Source of the DNA: Bugula neritina
Lineage: Eukaryota; Animalia; Bryozoa
Assembly: GCA_964035545.1 (NCBI GenBank)
Contig: OZ037767.1
Span: 24,258,628 to 24,322,627, forward strand
DNA length: 64,000 nucleotides
Reading direction: 5' to 3'
In this document: positions 1-14,092 of the stretch, one piece after another
Layout: each line of letters begins with the position of its first letter
How positions within the stretch are numbered: the stretch's first letter is position 1
The notes under the pieces: generated by a model
Database searches by the model: none
What the model was told of the DNA's origin: nothing
Seen by the model: the letters and a program-made list of their open reading frames with translations, nothing else
Made by a program: the position numbers and the translations under genes

Positions 1-3000
1 TCAGAGAAACTTCTATTTGCAGGAGGCAGAGGGAGGTAGCAATAAACAACAGAGCTGCTTGAACTCTGTTCCTTAATCATTGTGTTGATATCTGCAACAC
101 AAAAAAATATATATATATATCGTATAAATAATAATAATATAAATATATCGTATAAATAATAATAATATAAATATATTGTATAAATAATAATAATATAAAT
201 ATATTGTATAAATAATAATAATATAAATATATTGTATAAATAATGCTGCAAATTACATAAAAAGAAAGGAAATTACATGATTGCGTGTTTATGCTACATG
301 AAGATATGAACTGGCAGGAGATGCGTTACCAGACAGTGTTTATGCTACATGAAGAGATGAACTGGCGAGAGATGTGTTACCAGACAGTGTTTATGCTACA
401 TGAAGAGATGAACTGACAGAAGATGTGTTACCAGACAGTGTTTATACTACATAAAGAGATGAGCAGGCAAGAGATGTGTTACCAGACAGTGTTTACAATA
501 AACATGCCAAGCAGCATAATGCTGTGGGAATTAATTCTCCATGAAGAATTGTTTATGACAACAGAATCTGAAGTCAGCTGCAAGGTCAAGTGGTTGCAAT
601 AAAACATTATATCTAAAAATTATCATATTGTGTGATTTGTGACAAAGACAAAGTGAAATATTATCTGTAAATTCCTCTGAGACTGAGTGATAAGCTGTAG
701 TACCTGTCCAATGGCCAATATATTATATTAGAGAGTGGTAGTCTATGTTGTCCTATGGCACAAGTGATTGTGTGGAGTTCAACACAAAGAATGAAGATAC
801 TGGCACAATAAAGAAAACTTATGACAGGTTATATGACTCTACTGCATATACAGATGAAAATTAAAAAGGTAAAATATATACAAGTAAAATATATACAGAT
901 AATATACAGGTAAAATATATACGCATAAAATATATACAGGTAATATACAGGTGAACATGTAGTGGGTGTACAGGTAGCATAAATATCGGAAAAGCGAAAA
1001 TGTAGCATATAGGTAGTATAAAGGTAGCATACAGGTAGCATATAAGGAGTATAAAGGTAGTATAAAGGTAGTATGTGGTATAAGTATGACTGAATCACCT
1101 TGGATATATTCAGAGGGTAGAACTGGGGTGTCAAGTTGAGCCTGAGATCTTAAAGACGCAGGATAACGGTTGTCCACAATCTTTGACCAATCGATGGCCA
1201 CAATCTCCGCATCTATCCGTAGCTGGTTCAATATAACAGCCAACTTCCTCTTTTTAGTGTCTGTTTCCATCTCGTTACCTATCAACAGGAGAGAAGTCCA
1301 GTCTTATTTATGAAAAGGATTTATACAAACATATAAAATTCAATTTTATTTAAAATTAAATCTCAGAAGTCATTAGAAGTTGACACCAACTGAAACAGGC
1401 ACACATTTACATCTGTATAAGTGGTGCATGCAGCATTTAAGAAATTGTAATAAAATAAAGGAAACAATCATCTTAAATAAAAGAAATTAGATCATCAAAC
1501 CTTTGAAGTAAAAGTAAAATATAATTTCATAACTGGTGATGATATTTTCAAACCAGTAGACCTTAAAACAATTTTACTGAGTATTCACGCTATTAATGCT
1601 GATACAAGGAATCTTGACTTACTGGCGTGACACATGAACACCCGGAGAGAGGTGGACTGTTTCCACTTTTTCACCATATGAAGAACACAGGCTAATTGTA
1701 GCAGAAAGAGACAGCAGTTGTCCATATAGCTGGAGTTGTCAGGTATGAACATGTTCACCGGCCATACATCTATGTATGTCTTATTCCTGTAATTAACATG
1801 ACACAAAGCATGACGCAATGCGTGACGCAAAGTGTGACATAGTGCATGACACAAAGTGTTACACAAAGCGGCATACAGAGTGTGACATAGTGCATGACAC
1901 TATGTTCACTTTCAGCTGCTGGCAGTAAAATAATAAACCACGGAATATCCTTCTGATTCAGCACATTTTCGGACATGGATCATGAAAATGATTCCCTTGA
2001 GCATAGCATCACGTTACGTTTATATCAAGAATATTTATGTAACAAGAACGAAGCTTAAACTAGCTTAATAGAGATAGTGAAAGAATAATGGCAGATGGAG
2101 TCATGTTATTTGTTATCATTGTCTAAATTATGAACAGATTTGCTACCCCTAGAAATATTACATTAACAGGCACTTCCAGGAACAAAATAGGAACAGCCAA
2201 TATACGATTCTCATTTACTGTTAATCAACATTTTATCACCACTAGGCCAAAAAATTGTAAAACAATATTCAAAACATTAACAGAATAACCAATGACGCAT
2301 GACATAATACCAAGGTGAAGAATCAAAGACTCACTTGAATATATTGTCCTTGTTGAGTCGGTGGAAGTGTCGGAACAAGCAGATGTTTTTCTGCATTTTA
2401 AGGCAGTCTCTGATCATGTCCACATACTCCTGGCTGTTGACACTTCGAGCCTCACTGACAGACCGAACTGAGCGGAAGTAGTTTACGGCCATGTTGGTCT
2501 CAGCCGTCTCTATGGCTCCAAAACCACTGCAATCAAACAGAAAAAGTATTTTCCCGGTTAAGGGCACAAAGATTAGAATTTTGAAATGCTATCACTACCT
2601 GATAGCAGGAAAAACAGTGAACAAGAAAACAGGTGGCATAGAGAAACTGTTGACCAGGCAAGATATATGCAGAAGAGTTACTGTTGTACTAAAATATGGG
2701 TAAATAAAATAATTCTCCTTACAATCTGTTTCTCCTTGTGTGAGAATGAAAAGTATCCGTTGGAACAGCGTCGTCATAAAACCCAAAGCATATAGTATTT
2801 GGCTTCATACCTCCCAAACCAGAGATTCGCACGAGCTGTTGCAGACCCTCACGCACTGAGCTCGACAATGTCAGTTCTACAAAGGCCTTCACCTGCAAGA
2901 CAGCAAAGCTGGTTGGTGTCACAACTGGTATTCTAACAATATGATTGGCCACAGCTGCACCAATTGTAAGAAGGTTCAGAATGTTGTATGAATTTATAGG

Positions 3001-6000
3001 ATATACTGAAACTACAAACACTTCAGTGTGGTGTCTGACGTTACTAGAGAGGCTTTACATGCTTATGTCGGCAAACATAACACTATGTTGAATGTGCATA
3101 ACGGATGGCGGCATCAGTAAGATGTATACAATGCTGACACCAGACTGATGTATGACACCTTACGATGACAACCCACAATACTGGGTCATTCCATTACCAG
3201 TGTAAACATATACATTAACACCTTAGGCAGCGAAAGCCTAAGCATCAGCATTTCACAGCTTATACCTGAGTGGAAGTTGAAGCTGAAACTAGTTAGAACT
3301 CAAGACACACCTTAAGATAGTCAACCAATGACAGCCAATGTTTCTGTTCAGAGAGAGCTGGATCCTTCCTGCTGTTGTCTAGTTTGCCCAGTTTGACATG
3401 GCCGAGTATGTACAGTCCACTCTTCTTCATGTCGTTCACAAAGTCTATCACATTAGCCGACTGCCGGGGGTTGCCCACCATGTACAGCATCTGAGGGCGC
3501 CAGAACTTCACGTGATCCTTGCGGCTGTCCAACATCAGCAGATATTTCCTTACTTGGTGAAAGATGAGGGCCTGGCTGATAGATCCTACAACAAAATATA
3601 CAACCCCAGTAATACCACTCCTGCTTACCATCTCTGCATAGCAGATAATAATAAAATATACATTAGTCTATAATTTGCAGTAAATGTTGAGTTCTGTAGG
3701 AACATTTTTAATTTAGAAATGTTTAATTTATGAAATAGCTGACTGACACAAGTCAATAGGTGACTGACACAAGTCAATAAGTGACTGACACAATCCAGCA
3801 GGTGAGTGACACCATTCAGCAGCTGGGTGACACAACCCAACAGGTGAGTGACACAATCCAACAGGTGAGTGACACAATCCAACAGGTGAGTGATACAATA
3901 TAACAGGTGATTAACACATGTGCACGCTGAATAAAATAATAAATGACATGCATATCAAGTTAGTTGAGTGAACATACAATCGCCATTTTCCGACAACTTG
4001 AGACAAGTGATGTCCAAACTATTCAGCTAGAGATGACTCACCCCAGGAAGTGCTGACAGATCGAAAGTACAGTAGTATAATCAGCAGCATAGCCACAACA
4101 ATAGCAACAGCAGCATAGATAGGGTTAATAAGAAACGTTATGATGAGGCAGCATATAAAAGCTATAAGACACGTCCAAACATTGAAGTACTTGAAAGTTG
4201 GCCTACAAAAAGTAAAAGTTAGTTAGAAAGAGTAAACGTTTTATAGTCTATTAGAGAGGTGAGACACATGTTGGATGTTAAGCACAAAAATAAAATTTTC
4301 TTTAATCAAAATGGTTCTCTTAAGGTTCGTAACAGGAATGTTTCATCAAACACTGACTCAAAAACATACACCACTCATAAAACCAAAGTACTGCATAGCT
4401 GGAGTCCAAATTGGCTTTTTCACTATTGAATTACAACAATTAAAGCCAACATGTATCGCATAAGATTACATAATAACAAGTAGAATACATAATTACTGCT
4501 ATTACAAGAAAGCCATCAACACCCCATTTTCTGACCTGAAATTAGGTGCCGAGGTCAAGTCAAGGGCAAGACAAGCCACGTTTAGTGAGGCATATGAGAG
4601 CAGGAAGAAAACAGTGGTCATTGGAGCAATAGCATTCATTGAGCCAATCAGCAGCACCCCCTGGAACAAAATTATACCAACGTATATGTATTCTTATGAT
4701 ATATTTCACGTTAGAACACAGGCTTTAATGAAAGAAGTAAGTAGAGAGCTGACTCCCTCACAGCACCACCAGCAGACACAGCTGACTATAACCACAACTA
4801 GCTACAGATAGTGAGAGGTTTACCTGAACCAACACCCATGATATAATGACAGCCACCCACGGGTTACCACTTCTGGAGCTGATTCTGGCAGGCCGAGTGA
4901 ATATCCCTAGAAAGTCAAATGTTTCATTACTAATAAAGGTGAAACAAGATTGTTCTGGTGAAGGAAATCAGAATTATTATAATTATTATGAAGTGTTATC
5001 CTCACAACTAATATATTGAAAAAGGGAAAATGATTAAAAAAGGTAACTTTTGAATACTTTGTCTAAATTGTATAAAAAAAGTTACTTTTTGGAAAAGCCC
5101 AAGACAAATTGCTTGCACTACAATATTATGCTAGCAATGCTCATGTCTTTCTACCTAATAAATAGTAAAAGTGACATGGTGACAGAATGGAATGGTGACA
5201 CCATGAGAAATTGACACTGGATGGAGTGCAATGATTGACAAGGTGACAAATTGAAATTATGACAAACTGACATAATTGACACTATGGCAGGATGAAATTA
5301 TTGACATGGTGACAGGTTGACACTAGGCGAAGTGACATGATTGGCATGATTGACAAGCTAATATATTGGCACTTTGACAGAGTGACATGAAGACAGGCTG
5401 ACACTATGAGAGGGTATCGTCGTGACAGGTTGACACTACAACAGGGTGACATGGTGACAGGCTGACATTATGAGAGGGTGTCATGATGACAGGTTGACAA
5501 TATGGCGGAGAGACACTGTGACTTACAGAACAGGTCATCTCTTGCAAGAGCCTCCAGCACACGGGATGCACCAATCAGATTGCCGAGAGCTGCAGAGAGA
5601 GTTGCAGCAAATATTCCGATGTACACAAAAGGTCCCCACAAGTTGACTTCTTGGAGAAAGTTGTAATCAGCATGAAGCAGGTCTCTAAATTCGTAAAAGT
5701 TTAATACAGCCGTAGCTAAATGTATGAGCTTAGTCACAATATCATACATATATGATGACTACCATTAGGCTACTGTATATCACAATAGCACACAACAACA
5801 AATACCTATTATGCATATACCTAGTCTAAACTCTAAGAACTCAGTTTGCACTCTATCAGATACCAGTGAGCCTTGTTTGTGTTAGACTCTTTGCTCAACT
5901 GTGATGGGGGGGGGGGGAGGGTGGTCAACCCAAACCTACTTGTACAACATTCTAATTTTTTATAGCCTGGTAGAAAGAAACAACAGAGCTTCCAGCTTGT

Positions 6001-9000
6001 TCAATAGATTGTGAGAATGTGCATTGTGTGACCTGCACTCTAGAATTTCACAAGTTTACAAAATAGTTTTTATAATAATTCTTAAACTATATATAAAATG
6101 GAATGTGTGTAGACATTGGATTTGGAGTAGCTAAACGTAAAACATTTACTGCACACAGTGAGATTTATTCAAAGCTGTACATGAAGTTTCTCTAAGCCAA
6201 TCACAGTTGAAATCTACACCCGAGTAAAAGATGGCTGTAAATTATCAACAATCTAATAGTGAGGCTCACTCAAAGCATTATTATGCATCCAGAATATGAT
6301 TTTGATTAATTTACTTCACCCTCACAGCATTTAGTTACTGCAGTGATTTCAGGCTAAGATAGCCTCAGGTTAACAGAATTAGCTGACTTTATACAAACTC
6401 ACTTGGTGGTAGAGGCAGCGACAGACAGAGCCAGCAGCACATAAACAACAAATGTGCTACACACGGCCATCAGTGTTCCTCTTGGAATTGATTTACTTGG
6501 GTTCTTCAGCTCTCCTACAAGTATTAATAACACATACTATTTAGTAACTGTAACTCATCTGATAGAATAGGTGGGTTTAACCATCACATTACATAATAAT
6601 GTTTGAATAAGAAGTGTTTCTACAAGCTTTTTGAAGCAATATGAATTTCCTTTTGCCTGTCTGACTGAAAACCAGCCAGGAATCAGCACTCTACAGATAA
6701 AATTTACGGGTTTACAATATTTGTATTGACCAATCTGCTTCGCCTTTACACTTTTACAAAGCCAATAGTATTACTCGTAGTACTAGTACTGGGTACTCGT
6801 AGTACTAGTACTGGGTACTCGTAGTACTAGTACTGGGTACTCGTAGTACTAGTACTGGGCCCTTTGTCTACACTAGCATTAATTCAAAATTCTATTCATG
6901 CTTTCAGTAACATAAATTATACTCTATATTAAACTACACAGTCTTACGCAGGTTGCTCAGAGTAGACAATCCCTAAACATTGTCTTTGAAATAATTTGAT
7001 GTTATCAAATTTAGGAATTATTATAATAGAGTTCAACACTTACCCAAAATTTTACTTATCTATCAAAATACAACCTTTCTAACATCTTCGAAGACACAAA
7101 CTACATTTAATTGATCAAACAATTATTGTTGCTACAAATAAGATAAAATTAGCAAGTAATAACTAATAGCGACTAGCAATTTGTTTCAAAATCATTAGAT
7201 ATTTAGACCTCTAACTATAGAGTATAGATACAGGATATTCACCTGACATGTTGGCACCATTCATAATTCCTGTAACTCCAGAAAATAACACAGCAAACAC
7301 CACAAAAAAATCCAACTTCTTTCCAGTTGTAGTCGTATAATCTTTAGTATAAGTAGCTGCAATACAACAAACCATCATGGGTGCAATTACTTTATCAGTG
7401 ATATTCAGTTGAGAACTAAATCGAATTGAGAAAAAACCTAAATTTCTTCAACAACTTAAAACTGAGGTAGGTGCAGTAATTGGGAAATTGAGAAAAGCCT
7501 GAGTTCTAGATTAGAAATGTAGCAAAAGAAGTTATGTTCTCACAAAAATTTCAACCCACGCCTCAAACCAAATTTATAAAGAAATTTAAAGAACTTAGGC
7601 TATCTCAATTTCTCCTAAAACTTGGAAACACATTAAGTTCTAAATATCAAATATTAATAGAAACATGAATGAGTAACAATTCAACATTTTACAATGAAAT
7701 AAAAACTGTGCTATAAAAAATACATACCTTTGAAATTATTCTTAAAAGTAGTCATATTAAACCCGGTGTATCGTGCATACAGGTAGAATGTTTCATTCCT
7801 ATCATGTTCAGTGTTGAAGTAAATATCTCCACAACTGATGTTTTTTATTTTTGCATATCTGTCTTTATTCAGACAAGGAATGGCAACTCTCTTTTCTCCC
7901 ACAACCCAAGTGCTGACCAGAACGGAGCCAATGCAAATGGTGACAACCTAAAACAGATATAGGCAACATCGTGTGACACTCAAGGGCAAGTGTCATACTC
8001 AGTTTATGCTCTATGTGACAGTAGATAGCAAGTGTCATACTCAGTTTATGCTCTATGTGACAGTAGATAGCAAGTGTCATACTCAGTTTATGCTCTATGT
8101 GACAGTAGATAGCAAGTGTCATACTCAGTTTAGGTTTTATGTGACAGTATAGACTAGAGAGCAAGTGTCATACTCAGCTTATGCTTTATGTAACAGTAGA
8201 AAAAAGGCTATGCTTGTTTTGCAAATAAATTAAAATATTTTACAATTGCTAATCTATAGTAATAAAATTTTTGTTATTTCGTTGAGCTTGCAGATGCAGG
8301 TGCCAGTGTACAGAGGCAACAGCTAACTGATGCTGCAAACAGACTCTAATATACACAATATTCAATATCCCACGCTTACCTTCTACATCTGTCTCTGTAA
8401 ATTTCAAAATATTGTCTAATATTTTCTGCCAATTAATAGGAAATGTAATTCAAAATTAAATGAGAGCAAAAAAATCCATGTAAAACAACATATTATTTTA
8501 ACTATTATAATAAACACAATGATAGTTTATTGCAGTTATTAGTGACAGATAAGTACTAAGAATATAAAATGGTAGCATGACTCTAAATTTCAAGTGAGAG
8601 GTATTGTAATGATTGATGACTCAGAGTCAATCAGCTGATAAAACTAATCTGATAAGCGTTAACTTTATGATGCACAATTAATTCAACTTCCTGGTGTATA
8701 TCAAACCCTGTGACTGTTTTAACATGATAAACCACCAGATTGGCTTTATGATTCTAGATGCAAAGATAATCAATATGATATTATCTTCAAAAAATTATAT
8801 TACTTTACAAATCTTTTTAAAATTTAACTTTCAACTCAAACAACTAAGCAAATTCACCCATTAGGTGTTGCAAACTTAAACACTTTTAGGTAAATAAATA
8901 GCACATGCAATAGAACACCTGTGTGTACAGCATTTAATTGTTAATTGTCATTTGCTTGCAAAGCCCCTCCCCCCATCAGTTGTAACAAATGCTTTAGATA

Positions 9001-12000
9001 TACATCCCTGGCTCTTTATAACTCTAGACTCACTTAAACTGCAATATAGCAAAATAATAAGTAAATGAACAACAGATTGATGTCAACCCCACATAATTAA
9101 CTAGACCTATAGGAGCACGTGATGATAAGTCATGATTATATACACAAAATAGTGAAGACTCACTGCTAAAATCACTGAGGAGGTTTTCGCAAACATCTGA
9201 GCACCAATCATACATATGGCAAGGCAGAACACAAGGACGACTGTGCCATATGCATAGTTGTACCATCTACCAACCGGAAGGGGACGACCTACAATATTTC
9301 AGTCCATAGCTTCATATAATATAAATATCAATATTTTTATCTTAAACTACATCAAAATTTTAATCAACGCAATCAACAGATTTACAAACATTTTAATAAA
9401 GTGGTATAATCAGAGATCAAGTGTTAAGAGCAATCACCAGAATTTGAAGAGAATATAAACAATTGAACCTGAACCTGAATATTAATTTATTAATGTTAAA
9501 ATAAATAATTTCCCTGATTTCCTTAATAAATGCTGAGTTGAAAAATACAAACCAAGTTCTTCGCCACCTGTTGATCCCCAGGCATCAGCCACGCCTTCAA
9601 CAAACCCCGAGACATACACAGCACACGAGAATATGTTAGCTAGAAAGAAGAGAAGTCCGATACTTCCTCCAAACTCTGGACCTAAGGCTCTGCTTATCAT
9701 ATCTAATGAAAACTGTAAGGAAAAGTCACTCAAATGCATCAAGAAAAAGGCTGTATTTCTCCAACACCTGATATAATTTCATACAAATTTATATATCACA
9801 TATGAGAGAGCAGCCATGACCTATTAACTAGAGTACAGGCCTAGTAGGACATGGGTAATGGGTTTGGGTCCAGATCACCATTGATGCCAGGAAGAGCATC
9901 TGGTTTCAGCAAAAAACCCTCAAACCATGTTCCCAGGAAGGTAAGAGGCACAGTCTATAGCCTGATTAAAAGCATTTGTAGTCAGGGATTCTCACAGGGG
10001 TGGAGACTTCAGCTCTCGTGAGTTTTGCACATCACGCCAACCATTATTAATCTAACAGGGAAGAATTCATAAGTTATTATTCAGTACATCTGGCAGATTT
10101 AAATAACATCAAAGTTGTATGAGTAACATGAGCCTGGTAAGTGGGAGGTAAACCATCTATGCTAGAAGGGATGGTGTAATTTCAAAAACATTCACCAAAA
10201 TTGTGACTATACATGTAATTGCTATCAAGTCTACACAGAGTTTTACACTAGATACATATTTGCGTGGCAGCCAATGTTAACTATAGATGGTGATTCACTT
10301 TATTTTGCAAAATCAATGATTTTTTACTTTTCAGGAACCAAGTACATGCAGCTATAAAAAACAACTTTCAACTGTTAAAATGCAGTTATTTTCACAAAAT
10401 TTTGCAACTAATCTGCTTTTTTAAAATTCTAACTGGTTACCTAAGTTTTAAAATCCAAACTTTTAAAACCTGATGCAACAGCTGTTACTGAGTCGCTCAT
10501 CTGACTTTCACGACATTCATTACATTATACTTTGGTTTGTTATAACTTTATCATTAAGAAAGCAGTTGTCATCAACTTAACACAATATTGTGAAGCTCTG
10601 TAATTGAATTAATATGTTGTTATACTTAAACAATAGTGACAGATAAAAAGAAAGCTAGATAAAATATATTCGTAGTTCAATTTAGTTACTGTGTATAAAT
10701 TAGTTACTAGTAAAGGATACAGTATGCTCCACCGCCTTCTACAGCCCCATTCGTTGATATCGCACATATTGACAAGACAGTCAAACCAAGTATGGCATAA
10801 GCTAAGATAAACTGGGCTACAGTCAACCAAACCCCAGACTGTCCAACAACAAACCCTGCATAAAAACATACCTTTAGGTAATTCAACCTCAACACAAAAC
10901 AAAGTGCACAGTTAGCTATGTATTAAGTCTAGCAAATATGCAATCAGTATAATCTGGTTGACTAACCAGCCTTCAATAACCCCAGTTATTTTCACCATAG
11001 CAGTTATATAGGTCAGTCTGGGAAATTGAGTTAGAAATTGAACTAAAATAGTAACTTTAGAAAATAATAGTTTTAGTAATATCTAGTTGAATATTTAATG
11101 CAAGCATCCTCCAACTAGTATATCCTAAAATAGGTACACAAAAATATATAATACATGAGGATCTTTCCAGAGTTTAGGTCATGTAAGACCTAATTTTATT
11201 GGGTCAGTTTGAACTGATTAACAAGTCAATAGCTGAATATTCCTTTAAATATTTCCATAATTTTAACAGATTTGTTAAATAATTACATGCATTCAGTAGC
11301 ACAAAAAAGCAATTAATAGCTATAGTTTTAAATGCTGTAATTTTTTTATTATTTCTTAGCTAATTACTTATTTTAAATTAACTATGCCATACAGTGAAAA
11401 TATTAAATTTATAAATGTCTGAAATACTTTTGATAATGACTTGTGGAAAGAGTCAACAGGAATTTTTAGGTAAAATCTTATCAAGTCAATACTTATAGTC
11501 AAGGGATTACAAGTACCAAGCAAGTAAACTAAGCTAGATTATAATGAAACATTTAAATATAAAATTGTGACTAGAATGGAGTCATATAAATAGCTGTAAT
11601 TTACCACTTGATCATGAATTACTGAGTATTTATGGTTAAAGAACTTCAAACAACTTTTGAGTAAAACTTATTGTCCATAAAATAAAGCAGCTCCCAAATG
11701 GAAAAATTGAAAAGGGTAATGACTAAGGTCAATGTAACTTTGTGCATTGGAGATTTTCAATTAAAAAATAACTTAAAATTGATCAAACCTTAATATTTAA
11801 TAAATAAATGAACAAAAATAAGAGTGGTTATAAAAAATCAAATGTGATATGCAAATTAATAACATTCATATCCAACAATAAAAAACAGCTACTATAAGTT
11901 TTGTAAAAACTGAAACTCAAATTTGCAATAGTAAGCACAGTAACAATAATAATTAATTACAGTTTTAATAAAAGAGATTAAACAATCACAATGCAACTAG

Positions 12001-12316
12001 TAGTGATCTACCATAATATTATCTGTTCAAATTAAAGTTACTTACCTAATCTTAAAAATACTGTTGTACTAAATTGTGAGAGAGCCACGGGTACAAAGAC
12101 ACCAAAAAACGTATTTAAAACTCGAATGTTACTGTTATGGGTTTCAGTAGATTCTGTACTTGTAGTTGACGTGTGGTCATCATCTGAGGCTAGGTTTCTA
12201 CTTAAACTTCTAATAAGTAAAGGTTGATCAGCATTTTCATTTGCTTGCTGAGCAGAATATCCAACTATTTTGTGCAACTCCGAGTTTATAGGCTCTTCGT
12301 CATCACTCATAGTCAT
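1..12316 (-). CDS. SLC12A9: Solute carrier family 12 member 9 (cation-chloride cotransporter family), 17 exons in window, 3' end outside window
   Basis: Exons: 12046-12316, 10721-10855, 9553-9702, 9164-9288, 7728-7947, 7243-7356, 6403-6514, 5527-5684, 4824-4906, 4536-4660, 4042-4202, 3311-3585, 2723-2892, 2335-2526, 1623-1786, 1099-1278, 1-91. All GT-AG, phases consistent, about 908 codons. CCC motifs [116 protein letters not shown] and IDVWP fit SLC12A9. Confidence 0.95.
121..243. repeat. AT-rich minisatellite, ~29-bp unit, about 4 copies
   Basis: gtataaataataataatataaatatat(c/t) repeated. Confidence 0.9.
285..496. repeat. 51-bp minisatellite, about 4 copies
   Basis: gtgtttatgctacatgaagagatgaactggcgagagatgtgttaccagaca repeated with few changes. 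Confidence 0.9.
860..1085. repeat. Degenerate short-unit tandem repeat (aggtagtata / aaaatatatac-type units)
   Basis: Visible periodicity; source of the Y/I/L-rich spurious ORF tails. Confidence 0.7.
1797..1905. repeat. TGACA-core minisatellite (~12-bp units)
   Basis: catgacacaaag / tgtgacatagtg units next to the acceptor at 1787. Confidence 0.8.
3740..3918. repeat. 21-bp minisatellite
   Basis: caggtgagtgacacaatccaa repeated about 8 times. Confidence 0.85.
5170..5520. repeat. Degenerate TGACA-rich tandem repeat (~32-bp unit)
   Basis: gtgacatggtgacaggttgacactat-like units. Confidence 0.7.
6772..6859. repeat. 22-bp perfect minisatellite x4 with palindromic core
   Basis: tactcgtagtactagtactggg x4; contains palindrome agtactagtact. 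Confidence 0.9.
7465..7616 (+). mobile_element. MITE family A, copy 1 (right end degraded)
   Basis: Homologous to 37567-37727, 19350-19489 and 57733-57892 (shared core aaatgtagcaaaagaagttatgttctc...gaacttaggctatctc). Confidence 0.75.
7970..8200. repeat. 42-bp minisatellite, about 5 copies
   Basis: gcaagtgtcatactcagtttatgctctatgtgacagtagata repeated. Confidence 0.9.
9703..10720 (-). other. U12-type (minor spliceosome) GT-AG intron, intron 2 of SLC12A9
   Basis: 5' splice site GTATCCTTT (10720-10712). Branch-like TTTTCCTTAC (9724-9715) about 10 nt before the AG. Splits the codon T|AT in GGAY-Y-MISR. Confidence 0.9.
9810..9945 (+). mobile_element. Degenerate tRNA-derived SINE with GGAAGAGCATC core (Meta/MESC-like)
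   Basis: Similar to the reverse-strand copy at 20595-20699; tRNA-like head then gatgccaggaagagcatctgg. Confidence 0.4.
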
Positions 12317-13601
12317 AGTAATTGTGATTGTAAGTGTAACTCACGAACTTAATCCTAAACTAACATTAAGTAACTAACAGTAACACCAACAATTACAATA
12401 AGTGTATCTACCAAATACTAACTCTAATCTCTAAGACTAAAGCAACTTAGAAATTCTCAGTCGAACAGTCAGAATAACTAGTACTTAAAGATGTACTACT
12501 ACCGCTACGTCTACTACTAGTATAGTAAATGTAATACTACGTCTACGACTACTGGCACTGCTAGTGCTAGTACTATTAGATTTAGTGTTGGTATAACTCC
12601 TACAAGTGTCTATGAATATCTTCCGTTAAGATTGACATTCGTCTTTTTAGCTATTTTTGGTTAGTTTTTAAACAAAATGAGATGAATATAAAATATTGAA
12701 TTTTGGTTTGAAGAGATCACTCAGATTTACATCACTTTAGTTTAAAAAACAACTGTAACTGAGGAAAGCAGAAAAATTATTTCACTCAACCGAAGAAGCG
12801 AGCACGCAAAAAATGGTTTTAGCAACACGATGTTAATTAAACGTGCTATAGCAAAAGTTTAGCTAAATCTAATCACATGACAAGTCAGCTGATTATCTCC
12901 GCAACAGTATTGACTTTTTGATGAGACAACTCTTTTCCAGTAAAACTCTAATGGAGCCATATAAAAGTTTTCAACTGCCAACTTTTCAATAAATATAATA
13001 CATCACAATTATTTAGTGGCGTCAGTAAAACTTGTATTTGCTTCAAAACTTTTCCCATATTTAATTGTCTATAAATTCATTTAAGATACTTTAGCTTTAT
13101 TGTTGAAGACTCTATAATATTTGTACAGTGTTTTATTTTTTATTAACAATAATGGTTTTGTAAACTTTAATTTATATTTATAATTTAATTCAATTGGCAG
13201 ATGCAAAATGCATACGATCATCATAACAAAACTTGTAAATTTTTGGAACTAATAAAGTAGCTATACTATAAAATATATATATGCATCTATAGTTGAGCTT
13301 TAAACAAATTAAAGGTATGCGTTTGAATTTGTACTACAATAATTTGCATTAAAGTAAAGGTTTGCACACGTACTCTCTCCCTAGCAGCTATTTATTACCA
13401 AACACATGGTAAAACTTTTAAAATATTGCATATGCAAACTTATTTTGCATAAACGCAATGCTGATTCTATTTTATTTCTTGTAATGGTAAAAAATTTAAT
13501 AAAATTCTACACATCTATACATGTGGAGAAACAAGCATAATTATTTATCCTTATTAAATTTTTATTTCTATAGTTTAGTGCAGTAATAATAGTAGAAGTT
13601 A

Positions 13602-14092
13602 TGTAACAGCGCCTTGTTGATAGTGAAACCAATTACTCTGCCACATGCCTACGTATGTTAATACACAACATTATAGGTTATAATAAACCAGTACTAGTCG
13701 ATATTGTAGAGGATTTTAGTAATGCAATTAGTTAACCTATGAGTATATCGAAAGGGTCGACTCTATGTCATGCTACTGTGGAGGCCGACAGCTTCTCGTC
13801 CAGCCGACAGCATCTTATAGTCAACAATGGCACCACTAATGCTAGCCAATCAGGAGTGACTGTTAATTAGTACGAGGCGGAGCTATATGCGTATATTGGA
13901 AGCACGCTAGGCAGCTAGCCGGGCAGAGCAGCTTGGGACTTGATTATGAATAGTAGCGATAGTTTGCTCTGTGTTATGTAATCGTGTAAATTAGTGTATA
14001 GTAGTTTTATTTGCTGTATCTTTCATAAATAATAAACTCTGTATAATCGTGATAAACCTGGTGAAGTAGCTTTGAATAAGTAGACCCACACA
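13602..14092 (+). mobile_element. Solo LTR-like element
   Basis: Starts TGTAAC and ends CACA; CpG-rich relative to flanks; CCAAT, TATA-like and AATAAA (14031) in order; no clean TSD. Confidence 0.45.

Noticed and set aside
285-496. Regularly spaced repeats resembling a CRISPR array (also 7970-8200 and 6772-6859)
   Set aside because: Head-to-tail units without unique spacers, eukaryotic intron context, no cas genes.
829-1134. Y/I/L-rich ORFs here and at 7865-8164, 34592-34939, 62898-63220 and 63386-63625
   Set aside because: Products of minisatellites or low-complexity DNA.
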